64,000 nucleotides of DNA. Source: Leucoraja erinacea. Lineage: Eukaryota. Shown here in pieces: positions 11,601 to 23,722 of this stretch. A program made the position numbers and the translations under genes. Position 1 is the stretch's first letter. Every line of letters begins with the position of its first letter. The notes beneath the pieces were generated by a model. It searched no databases. It was not told the DNA's origin and saw nothing but the letters and a program-made list of their open reading frames with translations. Location of the stretch: contig NC_073400.1 of assembly GCF_028641065.1 (NCBI RefSeq), positions 29,450,001 to 29,514,000 of the forward strand. Direction: 5' to 3'.

Positions 11601-14600
11601 GTTGCATCTAACTCTCCCTACCTGACGTTTAGGGCCGAGACCCATGCTCAGACCCGAAACTTCACCCATTCCTTCTCTCCAGAGATGCTGCCTGTCCCGC
11701 TGAGTTACTCCAGCTTTTTTTTGTCTATCTTTAATTGACTTTTATTTCCTTTTCTCAACAGAATCTGAATCTATTCGCGAGTCGTTGACAACTGTAGCGT
11801 TCAGTTCAAATACAAAAGTAACACCCGAAAACAGTCATCAGGAAACCACTGCGCCCAGTTTCTCTCACGGGTGTAATGTTCTGTTGCTCAAGTTTTGATT
11901 GGCCTTACTTTTCCATATGAGAGTTGGAGACACATGGAACTGTAGATACATACATAGATACATAGATGCGTAGACAATAGGTGCAGGATTATGCCATTCA
12001 GCACTTCCAGCCAGCACCGCCATTCTATGTGATCATGGCTGATCATCCACAATCAGTACCCCGTTCCTGCCTTTCCCCATATCCCTTGATTCCGCCAGCC
12101 TAAATAGCTCTATCTAACTCAAACGTATGCACCCAGTGAATCGGCTTCCACTGCCGTCTGAGGCAGAAAATTCCACAGATTCACAACTCTCTGGTTGAAA
12201 AAGTTTTTCCTCATCTCCGTTCTAAATGGCCTATCCATTATTCTTAAACTGTGGCCCCCTGGTTCTGGACTCGCCAATATCGGAAACATGTTAGGTACAC
12301 AAAAATGCTGGGGAAACTCAACGGGTGCAGCAGCATCTATGGAGCGAAGGAAATAGGCGATATTTCGGGCCGAAACCCTTCTTCAGACTGTTTCCTGCCT
12401 CTAGCGTGTCAAATCCCTTAATAATCTTATATGTTTATATCCCTCAATAGCAAGAAGGTCCTTCCTCAAATTTGGAGTTCAAAACTGCACCCAATATTCC
12501 AGGTGTGGTCTCACTAGGGCCATGTACAACAGCAGAAGGACTACATTTCTCCTGTGCTCAAATCCTCTTGTTATTAAGGTCAACATGCCGCTAGCTTTCT
12601 TCACTGCCTGCTGCACCTGCATGCTTTATTTCAGTGAGTGATGAACAAGGACCACCCAGATCTAGTTGTACTTCTCCTTTCCCCAACCTGACACCATCCA
12701 GAAAATAATCTGCCTTCCTGCTTTTGCTACTAAAGTGGATAACCTCACATTTATCCACATTAAACTTAATCTGCCACGCATCTTCCCACTAACACAACCA
12801 CTCACCCACTCACCACTCGCTCACTCACCACCCACCTCCAGGTCCCTTATCGGAGAGCGTTACGAGCGTGAAATCGCACACCGGCGAGATTCGGAAGCAA
12901 TTTCTTCACAGCTGTTATCAGGCATCTGAATCATCCTACCACATCCAGAGATCGGTCCTGAACTCCCATCTACCTCTTTGACGACCCTCGGACTACCCTT
13001 GATCGGAATTTGCTGGCCTTACCTTACACTAAACGGTATTTCCTTTTCATGTATCTATGTGCTGTAAGAGGATAGATTGTAATCCTGTATTGTCTTTCTG
13101 CTGGAGACGTCAAGTCAATCGCTGCGAAACGTACCGTCAGATACTTCGAGATAAACGTTAAATATTGGATGGTCGGCAGATGTTGTAATTCCACATCTGT
13201 ACCATCCTGTATCTCCATCCTGAAGATCGTCCACAGTCACAGTAAATGTTCCTCGTGCCGGGTTATCTGTGATTGACACTCTTCCACTCCGTCCGTGTTG
13301 CCCATTTGTTTCCACCAACACTGTACATTGGAGACTCCTCCCACGGCACCAGTATTTTGTGTGTGAGCGGTTCTCTGCTGCATAGTGACAATCGATTGTG
13401 ATCGCTCTTCCCACAACTCCTCTTACCTCCCTCTTTGCCCACACTGCACCTGAAACTGAGCGGAGAAAATTTCAGATCGAGAGAAAATTAACTGTTTAAT
13501 TGAAATACACACATATTGAAGATTACATGAAAGAAAACTTAAATCGTTCCATGATGTGTCATATTGCTTCACAGCCAATGTCTCCGGTCTGAAGTGCAGA
13601 CAGTGCTGTTATTGTCCCAGTTGTGTCAGTGTTCTGTTCCCGGTCAGTACAATTAGGGTTCACTTCCCACTCCAGATTCCTGAAAAGAAACTGGGCTGGG
13701 ATCGCAGTGCGGTACTGAGGGAGCGCGGCTGTGTTGCAGGAGCTGCCTTTCAACAATCCCAGGCGGTGCCCGGCATCTCACCCCACAGAAATACCCCACT
13801 TTGCTATTTTATTGGCGATGTCGCCGGCTACGCTGCCAACATTCATCTCTCAACCGACACTGGGCCGGATCCGTGTTTTTTTAAATTATCAAATTATTTA
13901 TTCAATTATTAAAAATAATATTTACACTACAATAAAACAAGAACCGAACACCATAATACAAGACAAATAAATATTCTAAATAAACGACTATACTTGTCAA
14001 GGATGAATTCAACCACAGGCGGTGCCCAGATGTCCCGGGAATCCCCCAGGTGCCCGTGGACAGCGCCTAGTCATTCTCTAGTACCAAGCGGACGCGGAAA
14101 GCCGACCCGTGTTTAGACATTCACCGCCGCCAATGCCTTTACAACGCCCTGACAGAGGACGAGTTACAAAAAAGCGGGTCCATTACCGGAGAGCGTTATT
14201 GGCGTGACAACGCAAACGGCCAGATTCGGGGAAAGTTTCTTCACAGCTGTTATCAGACATCGGAATCATCCTCCCATAACCAGAGAGCAGTGCTGAACTA
14301 TCTACCTCTTTGGTGACCATCGGACTACCCTTGATCGGACTTTGCTGGCCTTACCTTACACTAAACGCTATTTCCCATTAATGTACCTATGCACTGTAAG
14401 GGGATCGACTGTAATCATGTATCTGGCAGGTTAGCATGCAACAAAAAGCTTTTCTCTGTAACTCTGTACACGTGACAATAAACTGAACTTGAATTTCAGC
14501 ACGACTGGGCCGCGGATCCGAGAGCGGATGGAGAGAGAGTTGGGGGTGGGTGGATAGAGCGAGGACAGTGGTTCAGTCTCAGACTCCGGGGAATTGTTGG

Positions 14601-15057
14601 GTTTACGACAGAGTTGAGATGGACAAATGCAGGGAATATTTGAACTGACACAATGAGACCACAATCCTGACTTCCACCTCTGTTGTAAACACATTTTGTT
14701 AGTGTAGAATTAACTTCCTGGTGATGGAAAAACATCTGTCCTTCGGTCCAGGTGTCTTGGAGTATCTGCTCCAAATACATTCGCTATTTTATGCCTATAA
14801 ACTACCATCAGGATGCAATTAGACCACGTGTTAACGGTGGTTAAACTACGAACATAGTCTAGATATTCAAATGCGATTTCAGATCCATCACCACAATGCA
14901 CTGATTTCCATCTTCCCCATTACACGTCTACACACACTTAACCATCTCTGCTGTGGAAAGGGTGCACGGGACCCCAACTAACATTGATCATTGGAATATC
15001 AAGATCTGACTTTCACTCACAGGGTAGCGAGGCGATGAGAAGAATGGGAATCCACAT
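644..15057 (-). CDS. Gene A: MDIR/CD300-pIgR-like receptor with 6 Ig domains (V-C2)x3 and an activating-type TM. Exons 15021-15057, 13135-13449, 10679-10999, 9268-9582, 7757-8077, 6192-6503, 4341-4661, 3387-3435, 644-734; last exon not found in window
   Basis: All exons have AG/GT boundaries and compatible phases (seven phase-1 junctions, then 2, then 0), giving 694 open codons. Signal peptide MWIPILLIASLP; V domains IDCHY...WC...C...DTGxYxC; TM contains K and R. Confidence 0.85.
2270..3160 (+). mobile_element. Penelope-like element fragment (decayed GIY-YIG end plus terminal repeat)
   Basis: LLYISKTKR*LDDRFTEH near 2530-2590; degenerate hammerhead-like motif at about 3029-3057. Confidence 0.6.
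3387..3435 (-). CDS. Gene A stalk exon (GLEYSCETSKGSNASS)
   Basis: ctaacag/gtaaac, phase 1 to 2; YxC motif shared with the stalk exons of genes B, C and D. Confidence 0.75.
3619..3835 (+). mobile_element. tRNA-derived SINE (HE1/V-SINE-like)
   Basis: GGGCGGCAC... A box and GGTTCAATCC B box followed by the core recurring across the window. Confidence 0.75.
4341..4661 (-). CDS. Gene A Ig C2-type exon 3 (membrane-proximal)
   Basis: cccacag/gtaagt, 321 nt, open. Confidence 0.92.
6192..6503 (-). CDS. Gene A Ig V domain exon 3
   Basis: tttcag/gtaggt, 312 nt, open V domain. Confidence 0.92.
7757..8077 (-). CDS. Gene A Ig C2-type exon 2
   Basis: cccacag/gtgagt, 321 nt; EPVSAPVL..VSCES..W..YYCTASN. 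Confidence 0.92.
9268..9582 (-). CDS. Gene A Ig V domain exon 2
   Basis: tttcag/gtacgt, 315 nt, open V domain. Confidence 0.92.
10679..10999 (-). CDS. Gene A Ig C2-type exon 1 (apparently inserted copy)
   Basis: cccacag acceptor, gtaagt donor, 321 nt; EPVSVPVL..VSCESVRGSLPINYSW..YYCTASN. Confidence 0.9.
11960..12790 (-). mobile_element. CR1/HER1-like LINE 3' fragment with a nested short repeat
   Basis: Reverse-complement similarity to 1-600. Confidence 0.75.
13135..13449 (-). CDS. Gene A Ig V domain exon 1
   Basis: tttcag acceptor, gtacgt donor, 315 nt; AITIDCHY..KYWCRGRSLQC..DTGWYRC. Confidence 0.92.
13879..14103 (-). mobile_element. Short 3' fragment of a non-LTR retroelement (Tx1/L1-like) with a target-site duplication
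   Basis: GAYCCGTGTTT at 13868-13878 and 14104-14114; T-rich end; the empty site is visible in paralogous introns (about 10001-10011 and 59835-59845). Confidence 0.65.
15021..15057 (-). CDS. Gene A leader exon (MWIPILLIASLP)
   Basis: 37 nt from ATG to a GTGAGT donor; same size and motif as four other leaders in the window. Confidence 0.85.
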
Positions 15058-15160
15058 TGTTTTATCCGCAGTGACGAGACCAGCACTTGTCTGTCTGTCG
15101 CTCAGGTCTGAGGTCTCAGATACAATCGCATCTCTCAAATAGCAATGACTAAGAAGGGAA

Positions 15161-15184
15161 CAGGAAGTCAGATCGTGAACCACA
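15161..15184 (-). promoter_or_regulatory. Gene A proximal promoter ETS (CAGGAAGT) and RUNX (TGTGGTT) sites
   Basis: About 105-125 nt upstream of the ATG; retained in gene E at 58734-58757. Confidence 0.45.
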
Positions 15185-16569
15185 GCGAGCCAGTAGCAGC
15201 TCGACACGATGTAGTGTGAAAGGCTCAGGGTTATATTTAACAAATGGTTGGGTCAGATGATCACAGAGTCATACAGCAGGAAACAGGCCCTTCGACCCAA
15301 CGCGTTAGACCAATATGCTCATCTAAGTTGGTCAAATTTGCCCACGCTCGATCCATATCTCCCCAAACCTTCCCTATCCACGGACCTGTCCAATTGCCCG
15401 TTGCATATTGTTATTGCGGCTGCTTCAACCACTTCGTCAAGTATGATGTATCCGTAAGGTTGGAGCGGCGGTTATCTCTGTACTCGGAGTCTGTTAACAC
15501 TGAACAGTGGTGGAAATATTGATAGACAAAAAAATGCAGGAGCAAGTCTGCGGGCCAGGCAGCACATCTGGAGAAAATGGATAGGTGACGTTTCGGGTCG
15601 GGACCTCTCATGTAAACTATGATACTTTGGATGAAATATGACATTTAGAAGAGTAGAAACGTCTAAGATGTGTACACTTGCGGATCATTCCCTCTTGATG
15701 ATTTTGTAAGTGGACCGGCAGATCAAAAATATAATAATTTGTTTTGACATATTGCTGTTAACAAGGGGCAAAACAGGAAGCTGGCGTTAGGAAGTAGGGG
15801 CTTTTCACCTGTAACCAGCTGAGGTTAATTGGAGTTTGTCCCTCTCCTCTCTGCTTGGACTCGTCAATTCAAACTTTGAAACACTAATGTCATGATATTC
15901 ACGTTTTGAAAATGACAATTAATGGTGTAGTGGACTGTGAATAAGTTTGTCTGGAATTACCACAGGATGGAGATCAGCTGGGAAAGCGGGATGTGGAATG
16001 TAACTGACATGTGGAATGTAACTCAAACAAGGGCAAAGTGATACACTTAGTGAAGTTAAAGCAAGGTAGAATATGCACGGTGAATAGAATTGTTAACTTA
16101 TCTTCTTTGCAATGCAGAGCTAATAAATAATCAGGGTTGTGTCGATGTACCTGTCATTACTGAGTGTGTTCACCTGCTTGCATCGATTAATTTCAATCTG
16201 TACGCAATTAATTGCATTATAATATATCTAATATCTGCTGCGGGCTATCGTTCTGGGTGTGTTACTTTCAGGGAACAGTGCAGTTTAGCACTGTCAGAAC
16301 AATTCCGTGTAAAGAAATGGCTGTTTGAACATAAAGTACATTCCTAGCCAGAACCCACCACTAAAAACAACATTCTTTTTCTCCACTGATACTGCCTATC
16401 CCGCGGAGTTGCTCCAGTATATTGTGTCTCTCTGTGGCATCTCAGACTGTTTATCTCTCAATATTTGTGAGGCACTTTGGAACGTCTTGCAGTAGGGAAA
16501 AGCTCAAATTCAAGTTAATTACTCCCATTAGACCATTAATAAGCTCGAGTGCTTAAGGATAAGCACAGC

Positions 16570-16867
16570 TTAAGGATAAGGGGGGAATCCTTTAAAACCG
16601 AGATAAGAAGAACTTTTTTTCACACAGAGAGTGGTGAATCTCTGGAACTCTCTGCCACAGAGGGTAGTTGAGGCCAGTTCATTGGCTATATTTAAGAGGG
16701 AGTTAGATGTGGCCCTTGTGGCTAAGGGGATCAGGGGGTATGGAGAGAAGGCAGGTACGGGATACTGAGTTGGATGATCAGCCATGATCATATTGAATGG
16801 CGGTGCAGGCTCGAAGGGCCGAATGGCCTACTCCTGCACCTAATTTCTATGTTTCTATGTTTCTATG
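16570..16867 (+). mobile_element. CR1/HER1-like LINE 3' end with (TTTCTATG)n tail
   Basis: Near-identical to 308-593. Confidence 0.85.
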
Positions 16868-18487
16868 AACAGGTTATGTGGCATTAGTGTGACCGCAAAA
16901 TCTACAAAAGTATCTCTGGCTATTCAGCACCCCTCCGATATCACTGATCTGGCGGTTTGTGAGTTCAAAGCTGGGCCCCTGCTCTCATTTTCTCGTCTCC
17001 CCGCTTACTATGTGAAGGACTTTATATCACATTCCTCTCTGTCAGTGGGGTATTTTACTTGATACAATCCTCTATTCTGTGCTAACGCGTGCCAGTGGTT
17101 ATGGACAGAAGGCGGGAGAATGGGGTTGAGAGGGAAAGATCAGTCATGATTGAATGGCGGAGATAACTTGATGGGCTGAATCGCCCAAATTCTGCTCCAA
17201 GATCTATGAACTTATGGACGTAGTTCATTGATGGGCGGAGTTACAGTCACAAGTCGGACTGAGAAATATAACACAGATTTGTAGTTTATAGTTCATCAAT
17301 GCAAACCGCAACAAACTGCACTCAACCGGTTTGTTCTAAATATAAATAGACTTTATATTATTTGAAGGGAAGGGCTAATATTCCCTAATATTCACGCGTT
17401 GTATATTAAAATGAGCGCTGTAATGGACTGTGCAAATGCTTGTCTAAAGATGCCACAGCATGTAGATCAAAGTGGGAAACAGGGTAGAGAAATTACATTT
17501 GTAATTTAAGTGGGATGTTTGTTATACTGATTGTATTGGGAAGGGTGATGGGTTGTATATATGACTAAGATATTCTGTACTGTACATATTGATGGTTACT
17601 GTATCGTGAGGGCTTTTTCACTTCACTTTGCAGATACAGATACTGTATAGTGAGGGTTTTTTCTTTTACATTTTTTTTCTCTCTCTTTTTGTGTGGCTTT
17701 GTAAATATTTGATTAGTGTATAAATGTAAATTCCGCGTCTCGTCGTTTACTGTGTAAAGAACATTTATCTTTGTCAGTGAAGGATTTTACCCGAAGCAAT
17801 CTTTGACTCTAACCGAACTTTATGGTCGTGACTCCATTATTGCAGGTCTACATGTTGCAAGCAACATCTTTCATAGTACTTTCATGGGCGGGGTTGCAGT
17901 CACAAGTTAGACTGAGGAAAGCAACATAATGTGTTTGTCGTTTCACACCCCGCCCTTTGCAAAGTCAAGTCAACCATTTTGTTCTGCACACGAATAGACT
18001 TTCCACTATTTATAGTCCTTCAACTCCTCTGTGGACAAATTGAATAACTCGTTGCAGCAATATTTTTTTAAAGTCTATATTACTGAACTCAAAGGACGTA
18101 GAACTAGCGTGAAATTGTTGATTGTTGGTTGATGTGGACTCGGTGGTCCAAATGTTCTATACCCTTGTTGTGTCTTTCAATCACTCAGCCAAAACAAAAC
18201 AAACATCAATTGCATATCGTACTTAAAATCCTCAGATATTAAATGTGCTCAGCGTGTCAGGCAGCATCTGTGGAGAGAAACATAATGTTAATATTCAGAA
18301 CAAGGTCGTGGCATCATATTGTTCTGACGGGATACCATAGTCTAAAATAGTAATTGATTGCCTTTGTTAAACGTCCTTAACGATTGTCAGCAGGATGAAT
18401 ATCCAGCAGTCTGAATGCAGAATGTTCTTCATCAATAAAGTTACAGTCAAAACAATACAAATGAGACAAACACTTCATTGACAACAG

Positions 18488-19652
18488 TTTATTAAGAAGC
18501 ATTGTAATACATTATTATTCATTGATCGTTATAAAAATAATTACAGTAATTTGAATGCATTGAACAGGGGTTAACAGAGTAAAAGGTTCTACAGCAGCTG
18601 GTAACCGTGCAATTGTTTAAACATAGCTCCAATGTAGCGAAATACAATTTGAGAGATGACACATTTAAAATCAGAGCGGGAAACGATAAGTATAGGGGAG
18701 GAGTTTTGGAAAAAGTTATGGTCTTGACGTTTGGCAATATACGTCCTCTGGTTCTTGATCCCCTTTAACTCTGAATAAAAGGATATGTTCATTTACTCTG
18801 TCAATGGTTAGAGTTTTAAAGCGCAGGGCAAAAAAAGTGGAAACCAAAGGTTCTGATTTGGACTTTCCGGCAGAATAGGTTGTGGGGAGGTTATTGGGAG
18901 ACTTCAAGGGGATGGAGACAGGCAAACAGAATGGGTGAAAAAGAATGTGGAAGATGTGAACTTATCCACGTTGGTGGCAAATATTGAAGGGTGGTGTATT
19001 TATTAGATGGTGATGGATTAAAGTATTGTTGTGTGGAAAGAGTTGGGTATTCTTTTGCACGAATCCTTGAATATTACCAGAAAGACAGTAAGAAATTAGA
19101 AAGACAAATGATCACCATTGCATGAAAATGTGTCTATTCATGTAAAGATGGCTTTCTATATTTAAATACGGTATTTACACTCACATCGTATGTAGAGTAT
19201 TGGTTAGCTAGCAGGGACCTGAACATAAACCGATGAAGGATATCTGAAACAGAAGCAAAAATATTGGAAGCAATTTTCTGTTTAGTTTAGTTTAGTTTGG
19301 TTCAAAGATCCAGCGCGGAAACAGGCCTTTCGGCCCACCAAGCCCGCTCCTACCAGCGATTCCCGTGCACCAGCACTATTTTGCACCCTAGGGACAATTT
19401 ACCATCTTTACCGAAGCTCATTAACCTACAAACCTATACGGTTACACAAAAAAGCTGGAGAAACTCAGCGGGTGCAGCAGCATCTATGGAGCGAAGGAAA
19501 TGGGCCTATACGGTTAGTTGAGTTAAGTTTGGAGATGCAGCGTGGTAACAGGCCCGCACCGGCTAGTGATCCCCGTACACTAGCACTATACTATACACAA
19601 AGGACAAGTTACAATATTTACCGAAGCTCATTTACCTGCAAACTTGTACTTC

Positions 19653-19716
<64 letters not shown>

Positions 19717-20947
19717 ATCGGAGATCCCAGAGAAAACCAATGGATGTCACGGGGAGAACGTACAGACTGTGTACAGACAGAACCCGTTGTCACGATTTAA
19801 CGCTGGTCTCTGGCGCTGTCAGGTAGCAGCTCTCCCGCTGCGCCACGGTGTAGCAAAGGGGATGACTTTAGTCACCCTGAGGTAGTATAAGATATCACGT
19901 TTGCAGCACACATTAATGCCTTATAGACTTTCAATTTTACTGTAACACTTTGCATCAGTTCCTAATATTATTAACCAGCTTAAGCAACCCAACAGATGTT
20001 TCCCCTCAATTTGAACCTTGGTTTAATTTCAGCAGTCTCTATGGCAACTCAACCGTCTCCTCCAGTTTTCGGTTCCCCTTTATCTACTTCCTTTGAACTG
20101 TGATGAAAATCCACGATTGCATCAGCTGTTCATGCCATCGCCAGCTGTTGAAGCAAGTGTGTCATCATGCCTGCCCATAACTGCAGAGCATAGTTTAAGA
20201 TTTAATGTCATCCCTGGTAATATAAGCCACATTGTCTCTCTTTCAATTCCTCTAATTAGGTCTAGGACAGATGATATTTGGGTAAGGTCTCTCAACTGCC
20301 AGGAGTGCTGCAGTCGTGAAGGGTGTTCCGGCCAGTTGCTGCAAGTTGTGCTGTCTCTACGGAGTTTGTACGTTCTACCTGTGACTGCGTGGGGGTTCTC
20401 CGGGAGCTCCGGTTTCCTTCCACACACCGTGGACATAGATTTTGATGGCTTCTGAAAAAAAATGTAAATTGTCCCGAGTTTGTAGGAAAGGGCTAGTGTA
20501 GGGGTTGATCGCTGGTAGGCGTGGACTCGCTGGGCCGAAGGGTCTGATTCCCCGCTGCATCTTTACATAGATAGAAACAAAATAAGTGCAGGAGTAGGCC
20601 ATTCGGCCCTTCGAGCCAGCACCGCCATTCAACATGATCATGGCTGATCTTCCAAAATCAGTACCCCGTTCCTCCTTTCTCCCAATATTCATTGATACCG
20701 TTAGCCCTAAGAGCTACATCTAACTCTCTCTTGAATATCTCTCTTGAATCTCTAAGTGAAATAAAGTCTACAGGGCGGAGCAAGAGGATATAAGCGCCGA
20801 ATCATCTTGTCGGTTGTGTGCGTTCTCTTGTGTGTTACTTCTGAGAAATGGTAACAGTGTCGAACATCGAATCAAACTTCCTTTATTGGTGAAAAATAAC
20901 AACCAGCAGCACTGTGCCTAAAATCATACCGCACAGTGCTTATAGTT
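18488..20947 (-). pseudogene. Degenerate TM and cytoplasmic exon relic (about 20878-20947, 20053-20097, 18716-18770)
   Basis: Acceptor followed by a frame-disrupted hydrophobic ALCGMILGTVLLVVIF; a 45-nt exon-like segment whose donor reads TTGAGT; terminal VKGDQEPEDVYCQTSRP*; AATAAA at 18488-18493. Confidence 0.4.
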
Positions 20948-21274
20948 CTGAGAAAATAAGACCAGAAGGATTAGAAGCGGGAGTAGATAGTTTGGCCCTT
21001 TGTACCTAATGAGCCACTCAATGGAATCATGGCTGATCTTTTATCCCAGCCTCACTATCCTGCACGACCCACTATCCTGCACTAACCTATAGTTTCAGTT
21101 TAAAACATATAGAAACAGGCCATTCAGACCAACGAGTCCAGGTCAGCTATTGAGCACAGGTTCGCATTTGTTCTGTTTTATTCCACTTTCTCACCTACTC
21201 CCTGTATATTAGTGGCATTTCATTTACAGAGGCCCATTAACCAACAAACCCACACGTCTTTTGGGAGGAGGCAG

Positions 21275-22087
21275 ACATACCCCCATCCACATAAACGGGA
21301 CTGAGGTGGAGCGCGTCTCCAACTACAAATTCCTCGGGATAGATATCTCAGAGGATCTGTCCTGATTCCTCAATGTCACCAAACTGATCAAAAAGGCACA
21401 GCAGTGCCTCTACTTTCTGAAGAGGCTTAAGAAAGACCTTTGCCCCCCCCCCCCCCCCCCCCCCCAACACCACCTCCCTTCCCCCCACCCCCCCCCCCCC
21501 CCCCAGTTCCTGTCCAACATCTGCCGCTGTACCATTGAAAGCATCCTGACCACCTGCTTCACGGTATGGTACAGCAGCTGCACAACAGCTGACAGGAAGG
21601 CACTGAAACGCGTGGTGGAAACCACTCATCACATCATCGGTGCCCCGCTCCCTGCCATGGATGCCCCTCCACCGCAAACGGTGTCTGAGACGGGCCGGGA
21701 AAATCATTAAGGACCCCTCTCACCCTAACCATGGACTATTTGCCCTCCTCCCATTAGGGAGGCGGTACGGGAGCCTCAGGTCTCGCACAAGCAGGCTGAG
21801 GAACAGCTTTTTCAATAACACCATTATACTGCTGAACTCAGAGTCCCCAACGCTAGGTATCTTTTATACTCTTTTATCTGTATATATTATATTTAATTCA
21901 TCCACATTGTACATATTGTTTTAACCAGTATTTTTACTACTTTGCACTCTGATTAGATGCTAAACTGCATTTCGTTTTACCTGTACTCGTATTTGTGCAA
22001 TGACAATAAAATTGAATCTAATCTAATCTAATCTAATCTAATCTAATCTAATCCAATCTAATCTAATCTAATCTAATCTAATCTAAT
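21275..22087 (+). mobile_element. Rex1/Babar-like LINE 3' fragment ending in (ATCTA)n
   Basis: INGTEVERVSNYKFLG..KKAQQCLYFLKRLKK; microsatellite tail at 22016-22087. Confidence 0.7.
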
Positions 22088-22611
22088 GCGGACGAAAACT
22101 GGAGGACCCAGTAATTAGATTACTGTCATTTGTGCAGAAGTCTGAATTGACAGGTTTCATACGTAAATGATAGAACAGATGGAAATGATAGGTACTACAG
22201 TGAAATACTTTCATCTGAGGATGAGATCAATACAGTAACCATAATGTAACATGTGGTCACATGGAGAACATGCAAACTCCACACAGACAGATTCGACAAA
22301 AGTGGTGAATACTGCCCATTCCGTCGATGGTTCTCACCTCCCCACCCTCGCAGGGATTTACAGGAATCGCTGCCTCAAAAGGACAGCCAGCATGATCAGA
22401 GGCCCACACAACCATGGCCACGAACCCATCTCAACCCTACCATCGGGAAGACGGTACAGGAACCTGAAAACTATAATGACTAGCTTTAGAGCAGCTTCCT
22501 CCCGACAGCCATCAGGTTAGTAAACACAATAACCTCCAAATAAACTCTGACCGACATAGACTAGGATGGGATTAATTTTGTCTTTTTGCAATATTATTGT
22601 GTGCTTATTTT

Positions 22612-22922
22612 NNNNNNNNNNNNNNNNNNNNNNNNNNNNNNNNNNNNNNNNNNNNNNNNNNNNNNNNNNNNNNNNNNNNNNNNNNNNNNNNNNNNNNNNN
22701 NNNNNNNNNNNNNNNNNNNNNNNNNNNNNNNNNNNNNNNNNNNNNNNNNNNNNNNNNNNNNNNNNNNNNNNNNNNNNNNNNNNNNNNNNNNNNNNNNNNN
22801 NNNNNNNNNNNNNNNNNNNNNNNNNNNNNNNNNNNNNNNNNNNNNNNNNNNNNNNNNNNNNNNNNNNNNNNNNNNNNNNNNNNNNNNNNNNNNNNNNNNN
22901 NNNNNNNNNNNNNNNNNNNNNN
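22612..22922. other. Assembly gap (N run)
   Basis: Ns. Confidence 1.
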
Positions 22923-23404
22923 ATATATGATATCGGATATATGATAATATTATAATATAATATATTAAATATCACACACATACTTACACATACACACTGA
23001 ACTTTTTATCGTTTAAATTATTTACATTGTCCTATGTTTATATATTCTGTTATGCTGCTGCAGGTAAGAATTTCATTGTTCTGTATGGGACATGTGACAA
23101 TAAAACACTTTTGATTTTGATCTCAGCTTTTTAGCCAGACCAATGAAAGGAATTAGGTTGGAATATGTGTGAGGATGGATATCGCCACTAGACAACTATC
23201 GTATGGATAGAAGACATTGAAAATAATGGCAATTGAATACATTAGCCAATGATGGGCTAATTGGGAAAGGGGATGCAACTTGAAAGAATAAATTTGTGAA
23301 AGCTTGCCAAATTTAGCATGTGCATAGATTATGCCGCAGGAGCTTGATAAAACAGAGGAGCGAAGACAAGGCCGCAAAGAATACAGTTCCAATAAATAGT
23401 TTCC

Positions 23405-23722
23405 CTAAGAAACAACGCTGGCATAAATTGGCTGTGCAGAATCTTGCAGGTTGCCAGGGGACCTGGCATTGCCCTTTCGGGTACGGCTTGGTAAGTTAAC
23501 ATTTGCATAGGTGACATTGTCCTCACTGGTGACAGAATGCTTTCCTTGTGAGATGACGTCGTCTTTGTTGGTAACGGACTGTCCCATCCTCGATCGCCTT
23601 TGAAACTGCACGGCTGCATACATGATCCCGCTGTCATTGTTGGCCAACTGGTCAGCTGCCTCGTCGTCTCGGGAATGCTGCAGATTCACACGAGCAGCTC
23701 TTTCTCGCCGTGTTGGTATTCC
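23405..23722 (-). CDS. Gene B terminal ITIM-bearing exon
   Basis: ctgttag acceptor, phase 0, open to TAG; two canonical I/VxYxxV motifs plus a terminal IYASV. Confidence 0.88.
   Translation of the reverse strand, partial: GIPTRRERAARVNLQHSRDDEAADQLANNDSGIMYAAVQFQRRSRMGQSVTNKDDVISQGKHSVTSEDNVTYANVNLPSRTRKGNARSPGNLQDSAQPIYASVVS

Noticed and set aside
22517-22981. Long ORFs containing X runs (also 30434-31182)
   Set aside because: Artefacts of N gaps.
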